A stretch of DNA of 59,155 bases, counting the filler, from Basidioascus undulatus (taxonomy: Eukaryota), in assembly GCA_000826855.1 (NCBI GenBank). It is 3 parts of 3 records of this genome, joined end to end, with 100 filler letters (N's around TTAATTAATTAA, not from the genome) between each part and the next. Parts side by side here need not be neighbours in the genome. Positions count along the whole stretch, not along the records: positions 1 to 19,660 come from JTLS01000408.1; positions 19,761 to 39,410 come from JTLS01000409.1; 1 more part is not named here. The stretch is one strand, 5' to 3'. The translations under genes and the position numbers were made by a program. The number at the start of each line of letters is the position of its first letter. Within the stretch, counting starts at the first letter, position 1. Of the stretch, positions 12,999 to 24,666 are shown in pieces. Under the pieces are notes generated by a model. It was given only the letters and a program-made list of their open reading frames with translations. It did not search any database and was not told the DNA's origin.

Positions 12999-14850
12999 TT
13001 AAGCCTTGATCTTGAGCTGGCCGAGGAAGTTCGCCTTCTCCTCCGCGGTCTGGAACTTGCCGTGGCCGAACTTGGAGGAGGTGTCGATGAACTTGAGCTG
13101 GACCTTCTCGAGGTGGGTGCTGTGATGGTTGGAAAAGCAGGAATCAGCGGACTGTCCAAGGACGGGGAGCGAAGAGAGGAGGCAAGGGAAGACGCACCGG
13201 CTGGTGTGGACCTGGAGGGACTTGCGGAGCGTGATGACACGCTTCTTGGTACCCGGGCAGCAGCCCTCTGTAGAATGAGGAGCAAGCACGTCAGTACGAG
13301 GCTGTTGAAATGCGAGGGGCAAGGAACGCGACGCACTGATGATGACGAAGTCGGACTTGACGACACCGTAGTGGGGGAAGCCACCAAGGGGAGTGATCTG
13401 CTTGGTGGTGGCGTCGAATTCGGTCGAGGCGTTGTCGGCGGCCTCACCCTTGCCGATGCGGTACTGTAGGAGCGCGCATGTTGTCAGCATCCGACCATGC
13501 GCGGACGAACAACGAACGACGCACGATCTTCTTGTTGAGCTCAGTACGGTGGTGGTAACCGTTCTGACCCGCACGGGCGACCGAGAACATGACGCTGTGG
13601 GATGAGGCATCCCGATCAGAGACTGACGGCGCAGGGCGGAACGCTGCCAAAGGAAGACATACGCCGACGGGTGCCAGGCACCGATACAGGCGACCTTGCG
13701 GAGACCCTTGTGGGTCTTGCGAGGAAGCTTCTTGGTGCCCCAACGGTGGGTGACACCCTCGAAGCCGTGGCCCTTGGTGACACCGATGACGTCGATGACC
13801 TCGTCCTGCTCGAAGAGCGAGCCGACCTCGACGGTCTTCTCGAAGTGCGACTTGGCGAAGTCGACCTTGTCCGCGACGGAGCCGCCGTTGACCTGGATCT
13901 CCATCAGGTGCGCCTTCTTCTGCTTGAGGCCGGTCTGGCGGATCTGGGTGTGCGCGAGCACGCGAACGACGGTGCAGTACTTGCGGATGCGCTCAAGCTC
14001 GCGGGTGATCGCGGCGCCGTTGTTGTCGGCGTGCTTCTTCGCGTATTTGGTGAACGCCTTCTTCTTCGAACGGTACCAGTTCTTGTAGACTGCACATCGG
14101 ATCTCGTCAGTGCCGATTCCGGGGCATTCATGCGGGGGAAAAGGGCAAAACGTACAGCGACGCTTGACCTCGTCGGAGAGGTGCTCAGCCCAGACGGTGG
14201 TAAGCGAGCGGAGACCGCGAGGGGTCTCAACGTAGCCGACGACACCGACGACGACCATGGGCGGGGTCTCGAGGACGGTGACGGCCTCGACGACCTCACG
14301 CTTGTGCATCTCTGTTCATCCGACCAAATCCGCCCGTCAGCTCCAGTCCGCCGCTTCCCGCTCGTCTCCCACCGTGCATTCCTCCTGCTGCCTCCGCCGA
14401 AAGGGAACACGATACGCACTCGAGCCGGGCCGGTCGAGGTCACGGACGACGTGGGTCATGCCGGCCTTGTAGCCAAGGAAGGCGGTGAGGTGAACGGGCT
14501 TCTTCGGGTCATCCTAGGGGTACGCGCCGCCGTATCGCAGACTCAGCGGCCCGCTGCAGCTTTGCGAGAAGACGAACAGACGCACCTTCGGGAAGGACTT
14601 GACCTTGCCGCGGTGACGGGCCGCACGCTTGCGGGGAAGGAACCCGAGGGAACCGTGGCGAGGGGCCTCGTACTGCACGTACGCAAAGGCAGAGGTTCAG
14701 TACTGTCAGGCCTTGCCGATATCTGTGGAAGGGGAAAACGGGGCAGGATGTACCTTGCGGTGCCTACCCGCGTTTACGGATCGTCAGCACTCAAATCATT
14801 CCTGCACGGTGAGGGTGTGTGGCCTGGGGAGGTGTGGATCCTTACGACAT
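12999..14850 (-). CDS. RPL3: 60S ribosomal protein L3 (uL3), multi-exon
   Basis: [34 protein letters not shown]...[13 protein letters not shown]...[30 protein letters not shown]...[17 protein letters not shown]. The first two coding exons are 5 nt and 10 nt. Confidence 0.99.
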
Positions 14851-15747
14851 GGTCTCGAGTCTGTTTCTTGAGGTGACCGGAAGAGCCGACAGAGAGAACC
14901 CAAGCAAGGGAGGTGGTTCGGAGAGGCAGTTGGAAGACGAGCAAGTTTGAGCCATTTAACCGTAACCCGGTCGGCTAAGTCGCAGCTGCTCTCACTTTTT
15001 GCCTTTCGCCTGCGTTTCTTAACAGTCTTTGATCGGCATACGGTAGCCAAAAACACCAAAAAAATCTAGGTAGACAATAGGAATTTCTTAGAATTTTTAA
15101 TCTGTGAATTACCATTTGTCTACTTTCGGATGACGGGCTTTCCTTCGTCCCGTCCGCACATCGAGCTTGCTGCCAGCAATATTACCAGTGTATTCCGCAA
15201 GCAACTCAGCGAAGTCATATGGATTCATTTTCTCATGTGTAAGTTTTTCACTCCGTTTATCTTCGAAAGAAGCCCTCATCAGGTTAACCTATATCGACTT
15301 GTTGCGCGAAGTGAAGCGGACCGTGAGGAAGCGACAGTTTTTCTGGCAGGTTTCCTGGAGCCTGAAGCTGCAAAGAATGGTTTTTCTCCAACAGGCTCAC
15401 ACCGTGGAGGTTTGTTGGTCCTGTTGGTCGATGCAGCTTGAGGTCGTCAACATTGCTATCCATATCCTGGCATCGCGGCGGCAGTTGACTGTGTTGTCGG
15501 CAGCTGTGAGCCTGAAAGCTTCTCACAGTCGCCAATTCCAAGCAGCGGAAATACTGAATACTGCTTTGATGAATCCAAAGAAATCGATTCGAGTTTTTGG
15601 CTTCCATTCGGACGGGTGCCGCTCGCAAAGAAGCACGCGTCCACTCGGCTGTCTGTGCCGACGCCCCGCGCTCGCACCTACATATCTCTGAGCAGACATA
15701 CCCGGGAACACCTTCTGCACCCATCCAATTTGTTCCCACCCAACACT

Positions 15748-15985
15748 ATGACTTCCTCCTTCTCCACACCCTCACCGCCGAAGCGTGCAGTCCTTCTTGC
15801 CCTCACGCTGCTGGTCCCCCGAGCCCATATAAGGCGCGCGCTTCGTCAGCCTGAGCATAGCCGAGGACCCGGGCTCGATCTTCGTCAAGGTTGTTCGGGT
15901 GTTGCATGCGCCGCTGCGTGACGGGGTGCACCCGCTGGTGGGGGAGCTGATGGGGTTCCTGGCGTCATTCGAGTACACAGAATGA
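15748..15985 (+). CDS. Possible 53-aa microprotein (2 exons: 15748-15784, 15861-15985)
   Basis: ATG in a CAACACT context. A 76-nt GTGCAG...TAG intron (the same donor is used in the transporter gene) gives MTSSFSTPSPPKPEDPGSIFVKVVRVLHAPLRDGVHPLVGELMGFLASFEYTE*. Confidence 0.3.
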
Positions 15986-17821
15986 GGCATTCGGAGTGAT
16001 TGATTACCCAATGTTTGTCAAATAAGCCTTTCTACATCGCTTCCGTTCGGCAGTGCATTTTGAGCGGTTATACCGGAGGCGCACCACACTGCGAAGTTCA
16101 CATGGCAAGTTACGAGGCGCTGGATACTTGAGCTTCACATACAAACGACGTTCAGAGTGCATGAGAATATTGCACGACGTGAAACAAGCTCAAGAAGAAA
16201 ATATGTCCTAGTCGTTAAACCACCCAAACCGGCTTCTTTTCAACCCGATCTTTTCAAGTCGTAGACAGTCCCAAACCCGTTAACAAGGGTGACCTCCTCG
16301 GCACAGCAAGCCAAAGACCAGGTGCCCCTTAGACTGTTCCACCTCCAGACCACCTTCCAGGCAGATCGAAGATCTTAGCGTGCCGGTCCATGAAAGCGCC
16401 GAGCCACGACATGAGCGCTCGAGCGTTGGCGGCCGCAGGTGCATACAGCTTGTCCAAACGCAGGGGAATCAGGACCACCAGTCCGCGGGTAGATACTCAC
16501 CGAGAGGACTCACCGAGCAGACGGCCACACCTCGAGGTCCGTCGTGCCCGCAGCACGCACCGGATGTCCGCCACCCCCGCCGAGCAAGGGCCGCGCGACC
16601 GAGTGAAAGGTGGGGCTAACGAGACACAGATCGAGGAGCGTGTGGCGGAGAGCCGCGAAGCTTCCGCGTTGTAGTCGACAAGCGCGGTGTAGAAGAGCGC
16701 GCAGTACTGCAGTGAAGCTCCTTGACAGTCAAACGGAGGGTGTCCTCGTTCAGAAAGTCAGCGGTCTGCGGGCCTGAGTGCTGCATGATGCTCTGCAGGG
16801 TTTCGTGAGTGGGGTGGGTATGAGGGTGGGAAGGATGTGGATGATGGCGGTAGAAAGCAACCCGCCAAGCGGGCCCTGCGTTCTGCCCTGCCAGCAGCGG
16901 GAACATCACTGAAACTTTGTGAACGCCGTCCGAAATCAAATCTGTTTGCCCTCCGAAATCTGTGTGCCGTTTCTCGAAGGCAGTATTCAATTCACCAGAC
17001 GGACATTTCCTTCGCCTACTACTATTTTGGTTGACTGTGATAGTGTCTAAGCGTTTGTATCGAAGGACAAAGATAGTATCTAGCTCTTTTGACAGCTGAA
17101 CGCTTTCAAGGTAACGTTCAAGTTGCTGAATGTCCTGCGGTGTGTGTGTTTGTGTGTGAATCTCGAAAGTCGGTGTGCATGGGACGAAGCTACTCCGTGG
17201 GGGGAACGGGACATTGGATAGCAGAAATGAGCTGCGCACGTTGCGTTAAACATACGCAGATGTTTAGGCGGTGTTATAGCTCTACCGAAATCCAAACAGA
17301 AGGTGGGGAAGGCGAGATGTCGAAACATGGTCGAGCGAGCGCACGCAACGAGGCGACGGTCCAGGCTTCCTGTCCCGGCCACGATGTCACTCTCTTCCTA
17401 CCAGCAGTTACGGACAAAGACCCATAGTTGTTCTGGAATCCCCCTTAGCGACACAGCACCACCCCCACAGCTTCCACGTTCCACCAAACCACGATGCATC
17501 AAAGAAGCGGCTCTCACACCCTCGCCGCACTACCAGCTTCGCGCGTAACCCGAGACCCGCCCCGCTCTGTCCACTAGCCCGCGTGTTGGGTGCCGTACTG
17601 CTCGACTGCCAGGTACTTGAGGAGGGTGAATATCCGCTCTCCGTCATGTGCGGTGGGACCGCTGGTGCTCGGGTCCCCAGGCATCGCGCATCATAGACCT
17701 GGACTCGAGGATGTCACCCCTGTGGAAGCCATGAACAGGTTGTGCAAGTGGGAAATGCGATTACAATAGGTCTTCCTCGTGTATGCGCACCGAACCCGAA
17801 GCTTGAAGGCTGAAGGCGAGA

Positions 17822-17990
17822 ATGGGAGAATACAGCTTGCAGGTGCTCTTGACAGTCCTCACGCCTACGGTCAGCTCAGGTGCTATAGTTATGGACAATG
17901 TCCCAATTCACCTGTCCACGGTATGTAAGTACCACCCAGTGCAGTGCAGCAAGCTTGGTCTGCTCTTGATGAACTCTGCCGAAGGTGCCT
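17822..17990 (+). mobile_element. Possible degenerate Tc1/IS630-type (DDE_3) transposase remnant
   Basis: Peptide LTPTVSSGAIVMDNVPIHLS resembles the IVMDNAxxH second-Asp motif. The downstream LPPYSPDLNPIE motif and terminal inverted repeats were not found. Confidence 0.3.
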
Positions 17991-18310
17991 ATCGCGGATC
18001 GCATTGCTTGAGAGAGACAACACAGCAGCGCCTGTCGTTTGCGAGTAACCGCGCGCCTGCATGTGATCGGTTTTGCTCTGTCGCGAGATCCGAAGAGACT
18101 GGCGGATCAATGGTAGGGCTACCGAGGTCCGTAACCAAGCAAGCGTGCGATGCGCTCAGGCGGCAAGTTCGACCCATCGCCCGCGGTGTATCGTTCAGTC
18201 TACTGCATCATTTCTAGCCATGTACGACATCGTTGCTATTTGCTGAACTCAAATTAGGTCTATCCTGATCCGACTGTTTCTTCCTATCCATCCGCGTCCA
18301 GCTCCGAGGC

Positions 18311-18882
18311 CTATGCCCCAACCTGCACCGTCGCCCCCCCGCCCGCTTTCACAGCGTCCGCGTACCCACCCCGCACTACGCAGCCAACACTCACATACTC
18401 CCACTCGTCCTCTTCCTCCTCTTCCAGGTGAATTACTTCGAAGCCGAGCTTTTCCTCCAAAGGTGGGGCGGGCACTGAGGGGGGTTGCTCAGATAAGCGG
18501 GGAGTTGGGCAAGGCGGATAAGAAGGGGGAAGAGGGAGAAGCAAGACGGACCTCGCGACGAGACTTTCGCGGACGCTACCAGTTCTGCGAGCGAGACTGT
18601 CGGCGCGGGAGGGGCAGGCTTCCCCTCCCCCTCCTCCTTCGCTTCCATCTCCCTCTCCCTATCCCCTTCTCTCTCTCTCTCCATCTCTCGGACCCCCGAC
18701 GCGTCCCGCCGCAGCCCCTGGCGAGGGGTGAACGGCGGTGCGGCCGGGCGAAGCTTAGTTGTTGAGCTCGGCGGAGCGCGGTGGGGGACTGGAACGGTGG
18801 AGGAGAGCGAGCCGGGGATGCGGGCTGCGCGGGAGGAGGGCGTGGGGCGCCCGCGGTGCAGGAGGGCGGTGGTTGGCGACAT
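18311..18882 (-). CDS. Disordered protein of about 164 aa with PAM2-like and Atg8-interacting-like motifs (exons 18882-18552, 18474-18311)
   Basis: ATG in CCCACC context. A 77-nt GTCCGT...CTGAG...CAG intron joins two ORF-track frames. Contains TTKLRPAAPPFTPR, VSLAELV, GFEVI, EEEEEDEWEYV and YADAVK. Confidence 0.7.
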
Positions 18883-19432
18883 GGTGGGTGTTTGGGTGTT
18901 CTTGAGGTTGAGTAGTAGTGTTGGAGGGGAGGGCGTGGATGTGGACTGACTTTGGGTGTTGTCGATGTTGATGGTTGGGAACAACAGGAGAGGCACCGAC
19001 GCCGAGGGGGCGTGGGCGGTGCATGGACGCGATGCCATCGACGACGTGTCAAAAGCGAGTGTGTCATTCGGCGATAACGATAAGTCACGGGGGCCGCGTC
19101 GCGGTCACGTGCACAAACAAAGAGTCCGCGTCACTCGAGAGCAAGATGGACAAGAGTCGACAAACAACTTTGAACAACTCGTAAATTTGCTCTGTCAGAC
19201 CACAGCAAAGTTACAAGAACGTCATGCGGGGACAATCCTGAATGCTCAAGCTTGATATCAGTCGAAAGTTGTACTCGAAGATCTACTGAACACCGGACTG
19301 AGCCAGTTTTCCCACGCAACTTGCTTCCGGTCGCCGATCGCTCCACCCCTGTCCTCTCTCGCCTTTCTGCCTTTCTGCCCTTCAGCCTCTTCCATCTCAT
19401 CTCCTCACCATCCCAACCTTCGGGGCTCAGCA

Positions 19433-19660
19433 ATGGCGGACTCCCCGCCGTCCTCCTCCCCACCCTCTCCACCTCCAAAGCCCCCACCGCCAAAACCCAA
19501 GCGCAAGCCCTTCGGCCTCGCCCCGCGCGATCCCTCCGAGCCCGACCCGTGGCTCATCCGCAAGCTCATCTGCTTCCTCGTCTGCCTCATCACTGGCTTC
19601 GCATACTTCGTCGAGGTTGTTGTCGTCGGGGCGGGGATGGTCCGGGGTGAGCGGGGGGGC
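19433..19660 (+). CDS. N-terminus of a membrane protein, possibly a DHHC palmitoyltransferase (Pfa5-like); truncated by contig end
   Basis: Pro-rich start, then EPDPWLIRKLICFLVCLITGFAYFVEVVVVG, a TM helix recalling the PWxxRK-TM1 of basidiomycete DHHC proteins. The DHHC motif itself is not in the window. Confidence 0.35.
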
Positions 19661-19760
19661 NNNNNNNNNNNNNNNNNNNNNNNNNNNNNNNNNNNNNNNN
19701 NNNNTTAATTAATTAANNNNNNNNNNNNNNNNNNNNNNNNNNNNNNNNNNNNNNNNNNNN
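19661..19760. other. Artificial contig spacer N44-TTAATTAATTAA-N44
   Basis: Exactly 100 nt. The core at 19705-19716 gives stops in all six frames. Identical to the second spacer. Confidence 0.98.
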
Positions 19761-21767
19761 AGCATCAGCAGCAGCAGAAGACGTCCCCGCCGCCTCCGGC
19801 TGCGGAGCCCGGCACGGTGGGGAACGGTCGGCCAAACGGCGCGGTCCAGCAGCAGCAGCCTGCGGGCAGGGCGGCGAGCAAGTCGTTCGGGAAGGGCCGC
19901 GGGTCTGAGGAATCGTCATGGCGGAGGACACGGCCCATCACTCCTCCGACCGAGGACACCACGACGGCCCCTGCCCCGGCCTCTACCGCTGCCGCTGCCG
20001 CACCTGCCCCCGCACCTGCCCCAGCCCCCGGTCCAGATGCCCTTGCTCCGGCCGCTCCGTCCACCACCGCCACGAGCGCAGAGCCAGCGCAAGGCGGGAC
20101 CGCAACACCGCCCGCCCGCGCCGCAACGAGCAGCCCACCAAAGCCGCGCTCGCTTGAGCGCAAACTGCCGGACGGGACCAACATCGCGTTCTACAAGTCT
20201 GCGACGGTCGACGAGCGCCCGGCGCCGCTGTTCTCGTTCACGGTGACAAGCGAGCTCGACGACGGCGAGCGGAAGAACGAGGCCAAGCTAGTTGCGAAGA
20301 CGCCGGAGAAGAAGGTAGGCCTTCTTCCATTGCTCGATCTTTCCCAGGCCGGTTCACTCATGTTGAATGTATGTACGGTTTCAGAGCGCGCCTGGGACGC
20401 CCGGAACACCTAACACGGTCAAGTCTGCCGTCCCCGCGTCCACGTGGGGCGGCTCGCCACTCGCTCTGCCCGTGCTCAACTCGCCATCGCGCGACCTGCC
20501 GAGCGCGGACAAGCTCCGAGACGTCTGGTCGTCCCAGCCTGCGGAGACTCCGGCGTCCAGCGGGGCGAAGAACTCGCTTAGGGGCCTCGCGGATGACTTC
20601 CCGAGCGCCGCGATCAGCGATCTGAACTCGCTGAAGTCGGACGACACGTCGGGAACCACCACCACTAACACGACCAGTGCTGCTCCTCCGCCAGCAAAGG
20701 CCCCTGGATTTGGCCCTTCGCCGCAGCCCAGCACGGGCGGTGCACCGCCGCCGGCGCCGCCGCGCGAGTCGGCAGATCCGCGCATCCCGCAGCTCGCCGA
20801 TGGCGTGTCCGAACCCCGACCGTCCCTGTCACCCATCGCGCCGCCGCACCACGCCCAAGCGCCCGCGCCGCCCCCGCAGATGATGTTCAACTCGCCGCTG
20901 GCGCACTCGGGCTCGCCCCACCCGCTCTTTCCGGCGCGCACAGCGTCCGACCGGTCCCCGTCCGACGGGGGCATGCACCTCTACAACCCCTACGCCCTAC
21001 CCTCCCCCGCGACTTCGGCCGTGCCCCTCCCGTTCGGGGTCTCGCCTTCGCCCGCCAACGGCGTCAGCCCCATGGTCTCCACGCCGCAGGGACTCTGGAT
21101 CCCCGCTGCCCACGCGCACGCGCAGGGCTTCAGGCCACGACCACCGCCGCCACCGATGGCGGGCTACAACGTCGCGCGCCCGCCTGCGTCGTCGCCTTAC
21201 CCGCACTGGACCGGTCCGCCGCCGCCGCATCAGCACCAGCACCATCAGCAGCACCAGCAGCCGCAGCACCAGCCGCAGCCGCAGCCGATGAGCATGTTCG
21301 CCGGTCACCCCGTCGCGATGGCGCCTGCGCCGGCACCATACCAGCACCAGCCCGCGCGGAGCCAGGGCCCATTCGCGATGAACCCGCCTTCGTTCCAGCC
21401 ATCGCCGGGCATGTTTGCAGGGAACGGCTTGCCGCCACAGCCAACGCCCAGGCCGTCAACGCAGATTCCTTTCGGGAACCCCTTCCAGGTACGTCATCGC
21501 CTCGTGCCATTTCTAAGCAGGCCACGCAGCGCTAACCCGAGTGGAATATCGTATGAACAGCCGCCCGCAGTACGACCCATCGCGACGCAACCGATCCGGC
21601 CGCCTTTCGGGCCCGTCGGGCCGCGGCCGCCGCTCAACAACGCGCACGGCGGGATATCGCCGGGCGCGCGCACGGGCTTCGAGGGAATGCCGAGCGGCGG
21701 GTTTGGGTACTCGCTCGGCATGCACGCTGCGCCGGGACAGGACGCCAGGGCGAGGAGAGGGTGGTAA
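19761..21767 (+). CDS. C-terminal part of a large Pro/Gln-rich low-complexity protein, function unknown; 5' truncated
   Basis: Open frames joined by introns at about 20315-20384 and probably 21489-21560. Conserved-looking islands WGGSPLALPVL..DKLRDVWS..KNSLRGLADDF. Stop TAA at 21765-21767. Confidence 0.8.
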
Positions 21768-22113
21768 GAGATGGAGATATGGAGGGAGGGAGGGGACGGT
21801 TGGGTTGAGGTCGAAGTCCGGTGGATTGCCTCGTTCCTTTTCTCTCTTTTCCGCTTAGTTTACTTGCCTTTCGAATATGTTCCATGCCATGCTACGGTTT
21901 AAGCTGCATCGTCACGACACGTACTGTTATCTCTGGGCGTGGAGCTGCACGGAGGGGTCTGCCACCGCGTAAGCGAGTGACGGTCAGATTGAGCCCAAGA
22001 TGGACTGCGACGCAGGTCACCGCCTCACCCATTCGAGCTCTTCCTCTCAACTAGGAACGACGGGCTTTGGCAGAAATCGATAGGTCCCGCTGATCACTTC
22101 TACATCACCAGGT

Positions 22114-23966
22114 CTACCACCTATACGCTGGCTGCCCCAGCCCACTGGCGTACTCCTTGAATCCCTCGTACCGTCCCATCCCCTCATCACCACAATCGCT
22201 CTGCGCCCGAAGTTGGAGTGCCTGTTGGAGCGCACCGCCGAGAGTCCATGATCAGTCAACTTCGATCCCCCGAACGCGCTCTATGGATGAGCAACGGCAT
22301 CGATTCACGCACCTCCGGCAGCCACTCCTCGATCTGGCGGATGCGGCGCTCGTTGGCGGGGTGCGTGGACATGAAGTCCAGCGGGATCGCCCCCGCACCA
22401 CCCTTCTTTTCGGAGGCTGCCATGCGCTCCCACATCCTGTCCGCGAACAAGACGCAGGATAAGACATGGTTAGAATGGAACGAGAAAGGGGAGGAGGGGG
22501 GATGGAGGAGGGTGACACGAACCGTGCGGCTTCGCGAGGGTCGTAGCACGCTCGCGCCATGATTTTGAGGCCAATGTAATCAGCTGCAGGGGGGAGGAGA
22601 GGGGGAGAGAAGAAGATCGTCAGCGCTAGTCAGTTAAGAGTATCTGGAATCAACGAAGACCGGAAGCTATTCAGAGAGTGAAGACCACGTTCGCGCACCT
22701 TCAGTTTCAGCCTTGCGAGAATTGGGGAGTCTGTGCACGTGTGTGGGATCGAAGTCAGCAAGCGGATCCGGTCCGAATTCGAGACACCGGAACGCACTCC
22801 AGCAAGAAGGTGAGCGCCATGCGGCTCACGCCGAAATCGAGTCCGAGCACTTCGAGCGCGAATCCCAGGAGGAGAAGGATCTTAGCGCCTGACAGGCGTT
22901 CTGCGGAGTGCCGGGCGACTGAGGAGATTTGGGCATTCAGTGTAAGCACGCATGTCGGGGCTTGCTAAGCGAACAGGATAAGGACCTTGATGTGCGACCT
23001 CTGTAGGGAACTCAAAATGAGCTGATGTGCTCTGAACGGGGGATCGAGGAGACAAGCGCACCGTGACCCAAGACGGCAGCCAGACCGTCGTCGTTCGCAC
23101 CTAGAAGAAAACATCTGGGTAAGCATGCTTCACCGAAGGCATGGAAGCTCGACGTCGGTACGCACACACTGGGAGAATACCGGTAAACACGAAGATCTTG
23201 CCTCCCGGAAGGACGAAGGCGTTCTTGGTCTCGCGGTCTTCCACAACGAAGACCTCCCAGTCCTGTACCGCAGCACCACCCACGGTAAGAAAAAATCTCT
23301 CCCTCGCTCTAGCTTCCTTCCTACACCCATCACTTACGATGTCCTTCCCCAACTTGCTTCCCCTCCCAAGTCTCTCCCCGCCCTTCTCGCCGCGCTCAAC
23401 CTCCCCGCCCGCCACCGCCGCCCCCCAGCCTTCCGCCTGGTCCGCGTGCTCCGCCATACCTGTCGCCTTGACAATGCGTCGCGCCACCTGGCGGACGTGC
23501 TGCGCGGTCAGGTGGTGCGCGGGCAGGATGCGGTTCCCATACTCGCGCAGCACCTCCTTGAACGACTCTTCGGCGAGCGCGCGCTCGGTCTCCTCGGAGA
23601 TGTCAATGAAGCGCCAGCGCCCGGTTTCAGGGACTTGCTCTAGACTGCATCGGAAAATGGTATGAGCACAAAAAAGCCAAGCGATAAAGGCATGGAAATG
23701 ACGCACTGATATAAGTAATAGCCTCCCCCGGCAGCCACGACGCCAATGACCCATCTCCGATGATTGGGATTACGCCTCGGGTCAAAGCCCCTTGCGCGCA
23801 GGTTCTGCGCTACGAGAGAGGGGAAGCGGTTGTACTGATATTGTGGTCTGGGTGCGGAGGTCGAGAGCGGACGAGTCGGGGGTCGGGGTATCAGGATGCG
23901 GGCCGGCGGAACGTGGGTTTGAGAGGCTCGAAGGACCGAGGCCAGCGGTGAGGAGAACCGGCGCAT
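22114..23966 (-). CDS. OMA1: Mitochondrial inner-membrane metalloendopeptidase OMA1 (peptidase M48)
   Basis: Presequence MRRFSSPLASVLRAS, LEQVPETGRWRFIDIS, NAFVLPGGKIFVFTGILPVC, AVLGHEVAHQ (HExxH, split over a 15-nt micro-exon), FMSTHPANERRI. Ends ...GQPAYRW*. Confidence 0.93.
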
Positions 23967-24666
23967 CTTCCATCGACCTTGCATTTGGCTGAGCAACAAA
24001 CTATGGCGATGGGCAACGAGGATGAGTCTGGAAGGAGGAAGACACTCAACCTGTAGCGAGCTAACGTCTTCTCGCCAGCTTCGGCACGTGATTCCATGAT
24101 AATGTGTTCGCTGCATTGTCCTACAAAAACGCCTGGACGGTTGGGTTCCTGAAAACAGGGATCGACATTAAAAGGCTCAGATCGACAGCATAGAAGTCAG
24201 GAAACGTCGCCTCCGAGGTCTTCAACTCGGCGAGTTACGGTGTTCCAGACAGTCACAGCGTAAGGACCATCCGCTTGGGATCATGACAAACAGCTCAACT
24301 AACAGCATGATCAAAATATTGTTTCTGATTCCGTTCCAAGACACAACGCATTTAGTTGCGAAGAGAGTTATCGGTCGTTGGCGAACGAACGATGGTAGGA
24401 GCATGCAGAAGTCCCCTCGCTTGCACTCGCCCTTACTGGCCGTGTTACCTCAATCTGGACCGCAATTACACCATAAAAAATCGTACTATCCAAGTACCTA
24501 ACCTGAACGTTGCTAGGCCTGATCCGCTGGGAGTCAAAGCCAGCTCACCCATTCCCCTGGGAACCTTGTGCACACGAGCAGTCCTCCTTTTTCGCTTTCC
24601 CAGAACCTCTGATCCAGCATTGTTTACATCGGAAATTCCTTACTCTGCGAATTCTTTACACGAGGC

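Noticed and set aside
14766..14845. Box C/D snoRNA in RPL3 intron 1 (ATGATT...CTGA)
   Set aside because: The boxes are only about 6 nt apart, and CTGAC is better explained as the branch point.
13602..14876. 424-aa plus-strand ORF
   Set aside because: Antisense shadow of RPL3 caused by strong GC3 codon bias.
17408..17647. 79-aa Trp/Cys-containing minus-strand ORF as a peptide precursor
   Set aside because: No signal peptide, repeats, splice support or nearby modifying enzymes.
19705..19716. Palindromic TTAATTAATTAA as a biological element (piggyBac TTAA site or PacI site)
   Set aside because: Centred in exactly 44+44 Ns and repeated identically at 39455-39466, so it is an assembly linker.
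20381..20974. Long antisense ORFs here and at 40204-41031, 23125-23665 and 43826-44418
   Set aside because: Shadows of GC-rich coding exons on the opposite strand with no independent motifs.
19433..21767. Single gene spanning the first gap
   Set aside because: The two sides encode unrelated protein types and lie on separate contigs.
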